In this document: in pieces, positions 13,946-27,240 of the stretch | Layout of the letters: the number at the start of each line of letters is the position of its first letter | How positions within the stretch are numbered: the first letter of the stretch is position 1 | Source of the DNA: Tubulanus polymorphus | Lineage: Eukaryota > Animalia > Nemertea | Reading direction: 5' to 3' | Assembly: GCF_964204645.1 (NCBI RefSeq) | Contig: NC_134034.1 | Span: 6,856,914 to 6,920,913, forward strand | DNA: 64,000 bases | Notes under the pieces: model-generated | Seen by the model: only the letters and a program-made list of their open reading frames with translations | What the model was told of the DNA's origin: nothing | Databases searched by the model: none | Made by a program: the position numbers and the translations under genes

Positions 13946-14323
13946 TTAGATTTTCTTTCGATTTAGCATTTATTTTACGCAGTAAGTAATTATTTATATC
14001 GTAGAGTGCTGATGATATAGTTTACAGGATGAAGAAGTAAGGGTACACTGTCATAGACAGTAAAACTATCATAAATTGTGCGTTTACTCGCGCGATGTGT
14101 TTCAATTCAATTGATCCAATCAATCGCCGTGTGTACTGTGTAATTTACAGGGCTTTCAAAATACTCGTTCAAGCCGTCGGCCATCGCATCCGACTATGAA
14201 ATATCTCGTCTGATATCAATGATAGTATGAAAGCTTTGATCAGTGGCTATTATATTTATGTAAGCCTACTGCAGTCAGTGTGCATCGCGTGAAAATTTGC
14301 CTCAGACGCGTGGCCTAGTTTAA

Positions 14324-15111
14324 AGGCTGGCTTATGTCGACAAGCAACACGACGCCTACCGACGCCATTGGGGTTATCGCCGATTAGCGGCAAATGGCGG
14401 CCTACGAGAGGCTGCCGGTTGCTGCTCTATCGGTTCGACATAAGCCGGCTTGCGACAGCAACCCGACGCCTACCGACTCGTCGCAAGCCGTATCCGGCTA
14501 GTTGCCCATGTTCTACTCCGGCCTACAGTAGGCGGACAGTTGCTTTCGATCGCAACCGACATAAGCTTATCTGCGACGCCACGGAACTGAGCGCAAGGGT
14601 TCCAGCATATAAGAGACCGCATATACATAGTACAAATTATGACCGCTAGTTAGCGTCATTTGTTATTAGTCATAAACTTTCAAATTCAAGTATTTCGTAA
14701 CGTAACGTTCAGCACTGCAGATGACTGGACCGAAGATCTAGAAGCGAAATTGGTAGAATTATGGTGTGAGCGGCCATCTTTATATGATGTCGCTAGCTCA
14801 TTGTATTCAAAACAGAATCAGAAAGATAAAGATCTTAAAGAAATAGCTTTTCTAATAGAAACGTATTTCCCAATAATTCAAAATAAATCAAATTTATCCT
14901 CAAAATGCTTATCACGTGACCATCTGAGCCGTTGCAGTTGCCAGTAATCGTAACCGACATAAGCAGGGAAGCAACTGGGAGGATCTCGTATCCCGATAGT
15001 CGGCCTCAGTTGCTGCGAATCGGAGCGCAGTCGACATAAGCTGGGCTGCGATCGCGGTTGCTCTCAGTTGCGTCGGTAGGCGTCGCGTTGCTTGTCGACA
15101 TAAGCCAGCCT
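14324..15111 (+). mobile_element. Deleted PIF/Harbinger-group element retaining a MADF-like DNA-binding fragment
   Basis: ~42-bp TIR AGGCTGGCTTATGTCGACAAGCAAC(A/G)CGACGCCTACCGACGC and internal GACATAAGC repeats. ORF 14660-14947 contains WTEDLEAKLVELWCERPSLYD, a MADF-like motif. Confidence 0.8.
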
Positions 15112-15305
15112 TTAGTCTCCTGGTCCCGGTTGCACAGTCGTGACTTAAGTCAATAGTTGGTCTAAGACCAGTCTTAAAAATATAGACTGGTCTTAGACCC
15201 GTTGCATAGTCATGTCTTAAATTCTAAGACTTAGTCTTAAAATTTAAGACAACTATTTATATGGCTTAAATTCGTTAAGACTGGTCTAAGACCAACTTAG
15301 TTACC

Positions 15306-16513
15306 ATGCAAAATAACAAAATGGCTGAATTATTTCTTGGAATTTATTTACCGGCTCCAAAACAAAAAGAATATCGTCGTTTGGGTGACCCAATGCTAAT
15401 TTTTACGGATGAGGAGCTACGCGAACGATTCAGATTTGGATCACAAGGAATCCAATTCATCGCCGAGCAATTGGGAGATCGTTTGAGCAATGATGTCGAA
15501 AACCAGAGAGGTTAACCAATTTCACCAGTTTGGCAGGTTTTGATTACATTGAGGTTTTTACGCGACTGGAGCTAAACGATTGGCGATACATTTGGTGTCC
15601 ACAAGAGTAGTGTTAGCAGAATAACAACGAGAGTCACCGAAGGGCTATGTGAGTTGCTACCAAATTTTGTTAGATGGCCACAAACCGAAGAGGAAAAACG
15701 GCAAATGATGATAGAATTCCATCAAATAGGTGGATTCCCTTCAGTGATAGGGTGCATTGATTGCACTCATATCAGAATTCATCGGCCGTACGTGAATGAA
15801 GCTGATTATGTCAATCGAAAGCGGTACCATAGCGTGAATGTACAGTGCATTTGTGACCATAGAGGTGAGGGCATTGTGTAATAAATGATCCATTTAAATT
15901 TTTGTGTATATTCTTTCAAGTATTATACTAATTACTTTTTATTTTCAATAGGAAAGTTTACCAATGTTGTGGCAAAATGGCCTGGCGCAACTCACGACTG
16001 CCACATATTCCGTACATCTGAAGTGGGACGGTAAATTAATTCAAATATTCCAAGGGGTTTATTAAACATAACACATTGTTCTTAATCAAAAATCTAAATA
16101 TATACTTCAGGTATTTCGATGAAAATCTAAGATTCGGAGGTATGACGCACGGATTGCTACTTGGGGACAGGGGATATCCATTAAGAAGATTTCTGATAAC
16201 ACCCTATACGAATCCACAAAACAGATGTCAAGAAAGATTCAACCGCTCACACAAATTAACAAGATCCCTTATTGAAAGATCCTTTGGAGTTTTAAAACGG
16301 AGGTTTCATTGCTTACATGGAGAAGTGAGAATGCAACCAGAAAAGGTGTGTAAGATATTCGGAGCGTGTGCTGTATTACACAATATTGCAATCGATTTGC
16401 GTGAAATTGATCCTGTTCCACTTATTTTTGAGATAAAAAACGTAGCTGGGGAAGATAATGATCTCCAAGGACGGGAGACAAGAAATCACATAGCAAACAC
16501 ATTCTTTGCCTGA
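15306..16513 (+). pseudogene. Harbinger (HARBI1-like) DDE transposase, 3 exons, disrupted
   Basis: Motifs [57 protein letters not shown] introns 15865-15951 and 16031-16110 restore the frame. In-frame TAA at 15513 and a frameshift near 15560. Confidence 0.93.
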
Positions 16514-16644
16514 AGGTTTGAAACTTTATCTTTTAACAACAAATAGAACTACACAGACAATAACAATACAACTACAGTACAAAACAACTTACAGCGAAAA
16601 CACATTACCGGTACGGTACACAATGAATGGTCATAATTGTAAAA

Positions 16645-19165
16645 TTATTCCTCTTTTTAGCCCACTTGGGATTTTAGTCCCAGCGGGCTATTGCGTTCAC
16701 TTTTCGTCCGTCGTCCGTCCGTCCGTAGACGGAATCCAGTTATTTTGGGAAGTTTTGAAGACGCTTCAAGGTAATGTCTTGATATTTGGGTTACACATGT
16801 ATCTACCCTAGACACATCTTCAGCCCAAAAACTGGCCCTGTCAGATTCAAGATGGCCGACTGGCAGCCATTGTTGTTCGCCAAAATCAGCACTTTTTACA
16901 CATTTTTGAACTTTTTGAGGGAAATTGTGAAGACGCTTTGATCTTTTGGATATATGTGAATTCCCCCAGGGCCCATCAGCATAACAAAAATTGGGTCGAT
17001 CAGATTCAAGAAGGCCGTCCTATGACCTTTTTAGTGCCCAAAAACGTTAATTTTGGCCCAAATTCTGAGTCCTGTAGCTTCCTACTGGTTTATCATTTCT
17101 CATTGCAATTTGTGATGGGTGTTCTTTGGAAAGGGATGTTTTATACTTGAGACAGGTATTTTTCATCAGCCAATTATGACGCAATTGGCGGCCATCTTGG
17201 TGTCAGCAGTACTCGTTCGTAAGTGGGAAAAAGTTTTTCCACATTATATTGATATATTATATTGATAAGCGTATTTTGTTACCACAATCATTTAGAAAGT
17301 TGCAGCTCATAACGTGTTCTATGATTGTGGTGAGTTTCGAGGTCATTGGTTTTTGTATATGGCCACCAGGGGGCGTTGAATAATGCAATATCTTAGTATT
17401 TCTATATTATATTCGTATCAATGCATATTTTATAACCACAATCAATTGCAAAGTTGTAGCTCATGACATCATCTATGATTGTGGCAAGTTTTAAGGCCAT
17501 TAATTATTCTATATGGTCACCAGGGGGCGTTGAATAGTAGAATAACTTAGTATTTCCTTATTATATTGGTACCTAGGCATATTTTGTTACCATGATCAAT
17601 TACAAAGTTATAGTTCGTGACATGTTCTTTTCAAGGTCATTGGGTTTTGAATATGGTCACCAGGGGGCGTTGAATAGTAGAATAACTTAGTATTTCCATA
17701 TTTAAGTGGTGACGAGGCATATTTTGTTATCACAATAAATTACAAAATCGCAGCTGCTGACATGTTCTATGATTGTGGTGAGTTTCAAGGTCATTGGATT
17801 CTGTATATGGTCACCAGGGGGCGTTGAATATTGAAATTGTTAGATTGTTGAGCATTTGGAACCACTTCCCAAGTGGGCATGGTGTCCCTGGACCCCTAGT
17901 TTCTTAAGTAAACTAATTTCTAATTTCAGCTTCTCGATTTCTAAGTCTGTTCGCATCATTTTCTTCTCTAGATATTCCATTTGCTTGGAGATCAAATCGC
18001 TCTGGGTCGCCGTTCGTTTCCGCTTCGCAGCTGGTGGTTGCTCTTCAAAGAAATTCAAAACATCATTTGTTTTAACATACTTTCTTGTACCGATATTGAT
18101 AATGCATCATTTCTAGGAATAAAACTTTTTGAAATAAAATTATTTCTAAATGCTGTTCTAAATGCATTACCTATGACATCAGTGGTTGTTGCTTCTTTTC
18201 CACAATCAACGCCTTGTATAGGAAACTGATTATCTTCTATCAGAACTGGCATTTGCATCCATTGGATATCTGAATATAGTTTTGTTTTTGATTTAGAATA
18301 AAAGTAGTATATGGGATTTGAACCTAACTCTACAGTCACTGCCAGATTTGATTAAGTAGTAGGCTTGTGGTCCACATGGCATACGGTAGATTCATTTGCG
18401 TTTATAGCGTCAAAGGCAGTTTATTGATCATCTTAAATGTTGTAGGCCTATAATTTGGCTGGTATGGACATTAAGGTAACTATCTAGACATAATTTATAT
18501 CTTGCCATGGCATAGATATGCTTTTATTGCCAGAATGAATTGAGATATGTTTTTGTTTACATGTAATCACATGTAAGAAGTTCAAGGTCATTTCGTTGCG
18601 AGCAGACAGCTGGTTTTCTGACAGAAAATTACATATTTTATGACTTTATCTCAATAAACACTAAGAGTATTAGTGAAAGAATCAAATAGAATCTCCATAT
18701 ATCACTTACTTTCATCATCTAGTTGTGTTTCGACAACGATTGAAGTCTCGAGGCCACCTTGAATGCCGGTCCAAGTTGGTCTTTCAGACATCATATCAAT
18801 CACGTCATTCACGGTTCTGCTCATTTCAGGCGATGGGGGCCCTCCACCTGTTTTACTCATTGAGACCTTTGCCTGGGTGAATTTCTTTTTAGATTCAGCT
18901 TGAAATTTTTCAATTTCTTCTTAATATCATCCACTGAACTCAAAGCAACTCCTAAACTATTAACTTTTTGAGTAATTTCATCCCAAATCTTCTTTTTCGA
19001 CGAAAAACTTATTTCGGAAGAAAATGTTGCCGTCAGAATGTTGTGTTTCTCCTTTACAAGTTCTACCAACATCGATGTTTCATCGCTCGTAAAGTTAATA
19101 GACCTTTTTCGTTGAATTTTACCACTGGCACTGGCCACACTCGTTTGATCTGAATGGTCAGCCAT
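16645..19165 (-). pseudogene. Harbinger Myb/SANT-like DNA-binding protein gene, frameshifted and interrupted by a HINE
   Basis: RKRSINFTSDETSMLVELV...KKKIWDEITQKVN, then KTGGGP after a frameshift near 18890. GTAAGT donor at 18709. C-terminal coiled coil RTDLEIEKLKLEISLLKK. Original stop inferred at 16645-16647. Confidence 0.85.
16657..17901 (+). mobile_element. HINE family A, complete copy
   Basis: SubTIRs GCCCACTTGGGA (16660-16671) and TCCCAAGTGGGC (17867-17878). 5' hairpin, (CGTC)n microsatellite at ~16704-16726, four ~155-bp internal units, 3' hairpin + CTAG. Inserted in a T-run. Confidence 0.9.
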
Positions 19166-19797
19166 TTTGAATTTTTTCAAGTTAGTCTTAAGTGAGTCTT
19201 AAGTTGGTCTTAACTGAGACTGGTGCTAAGACCTGTCTCTGCAACAGGTAGAATAGACCAACTTAGTTAAGACCAAAATAAATGGCTAAGACCAACTATT
19301 GACTTAAGTTGGTCTTAATTTTAAGTCACGACTGTGCAACCGGGCCCAGGAAATTGGCTCCCTACAAAACAACTGCCAATCATACTAGTGACTGCCTGTG
19401 TTTAAGGAGTAGTGTCTATTCGATGAATTGTCTCATTTTGTGCACAGATGCACAAGGTGAAAACTTTGTTCAGTGAACTCACAGAGACACTAGCAGAGAC
19501 AATTATTTTGTTTAGCCTAATAGCATCAATGTGCTCTTAAGCTGGCTGCTTAACCAATCAACAGTTACTAATTGCCATCACTGCAGTCAATTACACTAGC
19601 AAATCAATTAATTTGATATTTTAAAAAATCAAAATATGCAACTTCATGTATACACTCTCCGTGTACACGAAAAATCAAAAACCGTTTGACATGATTTCAT
19701 GAAATTGTTATGGTATATTTAATCAGATTTATATTAGATGTGTATGATAGTATGATGTAAAACCTTATTGTTTTGGGGACTTCTCCGATTCAAGATG

Positions 19798-19816
19798 AGG
19801 TTAGGGTTAGGGTTAG
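19798..19816 (+). repeat. Short interstitial telomeric tract
   Basis: AGG-TTAGGG-TTAGGG-TTAG inside a ~200-bp two-unit repeat (19650-20020). Confidence 0.75.
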
Positions 19817-21019
19817 ATATTCCATTTGCTTGGAGATTTTGACACAGGAACTTTCCGTATACACGATAACTCGAAAGCCGTTTGGGATAAATTAATGACA
19901 TTTTTATGGTATGTGTATGATAATATTAAAAGGAACTGTTTTGTTCTCGGAACTTCTCCAATTCAAGATGGCTGACTTATGACCTACTTTCTGTTCAAAA
20001 TGGCATGTTTTGAACTTATTATTGTTACCCAGTCGTCTGTACTTATTGTAGATGCTTCATCTGTTTCTACACTGCCCTGGGATTTTGTGATTAATGCTGC
20101 GTGTATGAGCGTGCATTTTGACAAAACTATGTTTATTTTCTACTTGGGTCAATAGCACAGAAATCAGGAAGTTGTGTGCATGAACCGAGCATAGCAAACT
20201 CTGGTGCATGTGGCGAATAACTTTACTGCCATATTGCCAACAGTGATGTGTACGCAACTACTTATTTACACTGTTCCTATATCATCTGTTCATCAGCCCC
20301 ACAATTCATTCCACATCCCAATGGTCCCACATCTGATTAGTTCAACGTCTAAATGGTCCCTCAATTTTTTCATTTGACATATTGCGCCCGAGATATAAAG
20401 ATCCGTGGATCTCTTGTTAAATTTCATACTTCGCCTAGATTAATGTATAGACTAATGGCGGATTAATTATTAATCTGGGCGTGTGTTGCTTGCGGAGTAT
20501 CTGTTTTAATTGTTCTGAAAATTACCTAGAATCATAGACTGATGTGTCCAGATATATGATAAACTGCAATTCATCAAAGTTTGTCAAATAAAAAACAGGG
20601 ACTCGTAAGTCTATCATTTATATGTAAGTTTGGTGGGAAAATACTTATCTATTAATGGCCAGCGTGGCCACAATCGATCATTGAATGACAAAATCTATTG
20701 GCTGATCATCAAATCGTTTTCTGTTAAATTCATCTCGATCAGCAACCATATAACTTTGCCGAGGCGGAAACCCAAAAAAATGTTACATAAAAGAACTTAA
20801 TTCAGCTCCTACGGCCCTGAACTTGGTTAGAAATTCATTTAATTGACTGATAGAAAATTTCTTTTTACATTTTTAACCCAAAAAATTAAACGGGAGTGCA
20901 ATCACCACACACTACAACGTTTGTGTAACCGTAAGCACCACACTACAACGTTTGTGTAATCGAAAACCTCGCTTCCCCGGTACTTCCAATTTAATCGTGT
21001 AGATGCGCACTTTTCAAAA

Positions 21020-21175
21020 TACAGGCTCCAAAAAGCTGGTTCCAACGGAGCCGGTTTTTAGTACCTCTTTGCAGATGGGCCTAATGAGACTTGTCCGAGG
21101 GCACTCCGGTATTTAACAGGGTTTGAACTTGGCTTCCTAGAGTCGAACCCTCTAACCACTCGCCCGCACCGCTCA
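21020..21175 (-). mobile_element. tRNA-derived SINE (degenerate)
   Basis: Minus strand: A-box-like GGGCGAGTGGTTAG, B-box-like GTTCAAACCC, then CORE-like GTGCCCTCGGACAAGTCTCATTAG. Confidence 0.6.
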
Positions 21176-22667
21176 TTGGTTTAGCAAGGCTCTTTCTTCT
21201 ATTGCAGTGACTCAATAAAAAGGCGATATATCTGTGATAAGCATGAGTGGACGAGATTATAGAGCATTTGTGACTAGTCACAGATCTAACATAGAACTAA
21301 AGGATGACCATAGGGGTAAGAAACTTATTAACCTATTAGCCCTCAACCCCCCCCCCCCCTATCTGCCCTACCTATTACTCTTAATCCTCTGATACCTCTG
21401 AGACTTTTCCTCTGCTACACAAAAATGTTTGCAGTGGGATGCGATTCCATTTACTTAAAATCACCATCTAACTTCTTGAAATTTTAGAAAATTATGTGGC
21501 ATTAGGAATCAATGCTACCACCCACAATTTTTCAAGGCCACCCAATACCACCCAAAATATGTTAAAGACCACCTGAAACTACCCAAGACCACCCTAAACC
21601 ACCCATATTTTGACCTCAAATTAATTTCATAATCAAATTCCAGTGGATTGTGATTATTCAAGAAAGACAAACAAGAACCACACAAGTCTCAGCCCAAAAT
21701 GATACAGATGATAATTTTCAAAATCAAATTCAAATTGACTTTGTTGTGTACATTTCCATAATTGAGAGAAGTCTGATAAACTTTGACTAGAAAACTTCAA
21801 ATATGTGGTCGGTTCTCGTTCTCTTGGTCGGCTGGAATAAGAAAGATCGTTTTTCATCATTGACAATAACCCTGGTAGATCATCCCTTTGCTTGCTTACA
21901 ACCAAACAGAGCACAGGTTTCCCATGAGTATCAGTATGAGCATCAGCATTCCAAAAACAAGAGAACCAAAGCCAAGTTCGAGGGACTCGAAGTATAAAAG
22001 CTTTATCGAATAATTAGACAGGCTATGGATTGAGATTGGATGGTGGGGGCACTGTGGCCAGCCCCTAACATTCACTTTTCATTAATAATGCACAATCTGT
22101 GGGATATATTTGTAAAAAAAACTCACCCTGCTTAATATGATTTACACAGGACAATTTTGTTTTGTAAGAAGAGTACTAACACAGACACACTAGGGATGGC
22201 ACAAACAAATAGCCTACCTCAGATCAATCTTTTCTGATTGTCTAATGAATTAATTAAAAAAGAATTGAATTGGAGGTTTTGTTCGATAAAGTAAAATGAC
22301 TTGGATATGATATCATATGCTGAATAAAATTTTATTGAATTTGCAATTTGTGCACGTGGTTAATTTGCATATCAAGGTCATCTATCTGATTTGAGAGAAA
22401 GCAATTTTTACCGAACAATTGTCAAGGATGACTTTTTATTAGTACAAATCAAATTTGGTCAGGGAGAAATATAATGTCCTATTTGGTCAATTAGGCCTAA
22501 GTAGCAATTTGATGATGAGAAGAAAAATGAATGTTGGATTCATATCCAAAACAAAAATTGTATTTGAACTTGGTGTGCTCAATTATCATATAAAAGCGAT
22601 CACCTTTATTTACATTTCCGACTGCACACGTGCAAATTAACCACGTGTCATGCTGACGTCACAGCAT

Positions 22668-25527
22668 GTATAACAACAGCGCGAGCCAGACATCATCGCC
22701 CTCACCGAGATTATCCCCAAGAAATATGAAGCACCGTACCAAGAGTCAGAATTCAACATACCTAACTATCAGTTATTCTCTAACCTTAACGGCAACTTTG
22801 ATCGCGGAGCCTGCCTCTTCATTCACAAAAGCCTAAACCCAACAGCTATTGACTCCGCTACAGAAAAGATAACAAACTCATGCCGCGAATCTGCTTGGGC
22901 TGAGGTAAAAACAAAATTCGGCACCCTCACAATTGGATCAATATATCGTAGCCCATCAAAATCCGAAACGAATGATATCCAACTCAACAAGGCGCTGGTA
23001 GATCTAGGATCTAATAACCATAAACTCCTGATTTGTGGTGATTTCAACCACCCAGAACTCAACTGGACTGACGAAACTTACTCCTGCAATGATGAAAGCC
23101 CAGCTGCAAATTTCCTGCATGCTACTAGGGAAGGATCTCTCAACGTAACCGAACCAACTCACTTCCGCAGTAATCAACAACCTAACACTCTAGACCTTAT
23201 ACTGACTGACTACATGACCAACGTTACTAACATAGAATCATCTGCACCTTTCGGCAAAAGCCACCACACCGTTCTAACCTTTGACATTGAATGTTCCATT
23301 ACAGCCGCATCCGACACGAACAAACAAAGATGCGACCTAAACCGCGGTGACTACGATTCCCTCCGAGGCGAGTTACTGAGCCAAGACTGGAACAACTTAC
23401 TTAGCGATGACTCAGTGAATAAATGCATGGAAATACTGCAATGCAAACTAGACATTGTAGTCAACACTAACGTCCCGAAAAGAAACCTCAACTTAAAGAG
23501 AAAAAACAAGCCTATATGGATGGATGAAAAAACGCTGCGGAAGAAAAAGCACCATGCCTTCAAGCGCTTTCAGCAAACTCAAGATGGATCTGACTACACG
23601 GCATATACCAGGGCCCGCAATCAAGCAAGATGGGCCACCCGCAGTGCAATTAAATCATTTGAACACAAAATCGCACGCGAAACGAGATCAAACCCAAAGG
23701 CTTTCTGGCGTTATGTCAACTCCAAGCTTAAGAATACAGCCATCATACCAGATCTTGAAACCGGACGTCCCAATGAGCGCACATGCTCCGACCGTGAGAA
23801 AGCTACCCTGCTTAACCAATACTTTGCGAGCGTCTTCACCACAGAGGACTTGGCTACCATCCATGATGAGGAACCCTAATACTCTGGGCCACCCTTAACA
23901 AACATCGAGATCACCCTAGAAATGGTTGTCAAAAAGCTAAAAGCTCTCAAACCCGACAAATCGCATGGCCTGGATAACATCTTTCCCCGAGTATTGGAAG
24001 AAGCAGCCGAAGAGATTGCACCAGCGCTGTTGATTATCTTCAAAAAATCTCTCAACACTCAAAAAATTCCAGATGCATGGAGAAATATGCTTGTCACTCC
24101 AATCCACAAGAAGGGACCAAAATACAATGCTGGAAACTATAGACCTATCAGCCTTACCTCCTCTGTATGTAAAGTTCTCGAAAGCATAGTCCGCGACCAA
24201 ATTATGTCTTACCTCTACAACAACAATTTACTATCAGATGACCAACATGGCTTTGTAGGAGGTAGATCCACTGTTACACAGCTAACCTAGACAATCGACG
24301 ACTGGCACGCAGTTCTTGATGACAAAAATCCCATTGATGCAATATTTTTAAATTTTAAGAAAGCATTTGACACCGTACCCCACCAGCGTTTGCTTGTCAA
24401 ACTTAGAAACTACGGCATTCAAGGCCATTTGAATAACTGGCTAGGTGACTTCCTCTACAATCGGCGGCAATGTGTTAAGATCAATGACGAAATTTCCGAG
24501 TGGGCGAACGTCACTAGCGGTATTCCTCAAGGAAGCGTTCTTGGCCCAATCCTTTTCGTAATATACATCAACGACCTCCCTAACTCGATCAAGAGCATTA
24601 TCAAGCTATACGCCGATGATACCAAAATCTACCGTACTGTAAACAGCGTCAACGACTGTAAAATACTGGATGATGATCTGAAAGAACTCTCCATGTGGGC
24701 CAAGAAATGGCAGATGTCCTTCCATCCTGACAAATGTAAACTCCTTCGCAGAGGCAAAAACCATCCAGACTATCTATACTCCATGATCGACAGTGAAGGT
24801 AAATCTCACCATCTCAAAACCTCAACCCAGGAAAAGGACCTTGGGGTTGTCATGGACCCATCACTGTCATTTGATACCCACATTCAACAAGTCACCACTA
24901 CAGCAACACGTATGTTGATTATAATTCGGAGAACCTTCACAGCCCTAGACAAAGACTCCTTTAAGATCCTCTACAAAAGCCTTGTTCGCCCGCACCTTGA
25001 ATACGCCGCTAGCATTTGGTCACCCTACCTCCGGAAACACATCGATAGCTTGGAACATGTACAACGCCGTGCAACAAAACTGGTCCCAGGTCTTCATGAC
25101 AAATCATACGAACAACGCCTCAAGGACCTTCAACTCCCATCCTTACATTACCGCCGAGCTCGCGGTGACATGATCCAGACTTATACATATCTGCATGGCC
25201 ATTACAAGACAGCTAGCGTCGAGAGACTCTTGCCACTGACCGCAAATCTAACCGACAGACATTCGAGGGGTCACCCACTTAAACTTATCAAACCAAGATG
25301 CAAGACAACCATCAGACAAAACAGTTTCACCCGGAGAGTTATTGAACCCTGGAATAGTCTCCCAAGTCAAGTGGTAATGAGTGACACAATGGACTCATTC
25401 AAGTCGAGTCTCGACAGGCACTGGAGGGACCGTCTCTACACCCTGTAAACCGCGCACCCTAACAAAGTAGTCTTAATCGGTTTAAAGGCAAAAGCCTACG
25501 CAACCGTATTTGATGATGATGATGATG
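22668..25527 (+). mobile_element. CR1-clade LINE, 5'-truncated ORF2 (APE endonuclease + RT), few stops
   Basis: EN motifs DIIALTE, IYRSP, ICGDFNHP, SHH. RT motifs [41 protein letters not shown]. 3' UTR hairpin and (GAT)n tail at 25511-25527. Confidence 0.95.
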
Positions 25528-26139
25528 AACATAGAACCAGCATGGCGTCTACAGTGAAGACATGAACACCACTCCATCAGATTATTCATCTAATAGTTCA
25601 ACAACTCTGATGTATCAGATAGGCTATCATGTCTTCAATCTCTGGAGATTCAGAAAATGAAAAAGTCATTGGCCGTATCTACATGAACCTGTCGTAGAAA
25701 TTGAATTTTATTTTGAATTTTATCACTCTTTTATGCAAAATAAGTCGTCTAATTGTACAAGTGAAACTTGATTTGAGCGTTACCAAGACACAATACCAAG
25801 AATCTTGCTGTAATCTTTAAAATGGCCGTTTGCCTTATTCCTGATTTAGGGAGCCCTATTTAGGGGCGTCTAGTAAGGGGTTTGCGGAGGAAAAATGTCT
25901 GGTGCTTGGTGGACATATTCAGAGGACCCATCTGTGAGATGAGTTTCAGCTGCTATCTCCATGGATTGTATTTATTCAGGATCTGAGGGACACTAGTGGG
26001 CGTCTGGCAAGGGGTTAGCAGAGGAAAAAACGTCTGGCATTATTGCAGGGTTCTATAGTGACCTTTGCCCTAGTGAATGCAACTATGAGTGATCAGTACC
26101 TAAAAAATGGAAATTTCTTTATTCAGTTTCGACTCAAAT

Positions 26140-27240
26140 TGTGGCAGCCCCCATGGGCTAATGCAGGGGTCATGACCTGCCAGACTCACATGATATCTTA
26201 CTTCTGTTATAGCCATGGTCTCGCCCTTGGTACGTAGTTCAGCTGAGTTCACGTCTCTGGGCTCCCGGACTTATATTCCCCTCTTGGAGCAGCACAGCTC
26301 TAAGACCAACATTAGAACTATCGCACTCAATCGACACCGGTTTCTTTGACACGCGAGCTATATACTAGTTCGAGGGCCTTATCCAGGGTAAGGTTGCACT
26401 CACAAAAGCTTTTTCTGAATATTTTTGCTTGTTAACCCAATCACGAACCAGTCTCTGATCACTTCGTCTGTAGTATTGCCATAGGCCTATTTGCAGGATG
26501 TTGCTAACTTACGTAGTTTACCTATGTAGACGTCCATAGTATCTGATCCTTGAAAGTAACTTCCGAAGAGATACCGTTTATAAATAACGTTCCACATTGG
26601 CTTGTAGTAATCTTCTAATTACAGTAAAATTTGCAACAGATCTTTTTTTGGTTCCACTGACAAGTCTAAATTCTTCAGAATCAAGGCAGTGTCTCTTCCA
26701 ACTACTGAATACTGGGTGGCTGCCTGTAAATCTGCTGCCTTCTTGTTAATACCAGTCACTATTACATAATTCTCATACGATTCTCTGAAGAATGGCTGAC
26801 GTCACCCTTTATATCCATCGGGGCTGGTACTTGGATTCTGCTTGTTGCTAGGGCAATTTTTTCAATAAATCGAATTCATTTCAACCTTTGTGCCTCCATA
26901 CAACTACTTCCGGTCATACCTTCCTTTCTCTTCGACGGTTTCTTCTGGCAGAGCTGTTCCTACCAGTGTGTAACAGGCACTTAACTGATACCCTGGACCT
27001 TCTCCGACATCCTTGACAGCTAAAACAGACCAAATTTAACTTCTGACACCATGTTGTTGGGTCTGAGCCACAGGGAAATAGTTACAGCTACAGAACAACA
27101 ACTTTATTTTCACTCATGCGCCACAGGCACTCATTTCCCTAGCAATTGCCAACTACTAATAGTAATGGACTTAGTGTCCGTGCGTCAATAGTAGCTATGT
27201 GATATGCTCACTTTATAAGTCTGATGATAAGCTCTACATG
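26140..27240 (-). mobile_element. Ty3/Gypsy LTR retrotransposon remnant (LTR end, PBS, gag, RNase H piece)
   Basis: ...CAACA followed by PBS TGGTGTCAGAAGT (27051-27039, tRNA-Leu type). Gag-like KLRKLATSC...IRDWFVIG...LTLDKALE fused to RNase H-like ECDSSNVGLRAVLLQEG. Confidence 0.8.

Larger units (their letters stand above)
15123..19346. mobile_element. Full-structure PIF/Harbinger DNA transposon (two convergent genes), inactivated
   Basis: TIR G(T/G)CCCGGTTGCACAGTCGTGACTTAA, CWG flanks, subterminal TAAGACC/GGTCTTA repeats. Transposase on +, Myb/SANT gene on -. Confidence 0.95.

Noticed and set aside
15306-16513. Domesticated host HARBI1 gene
   Set aside because: Flanked by TIRs, paired with a Myb gene and disrupted; it is a transposon copy.
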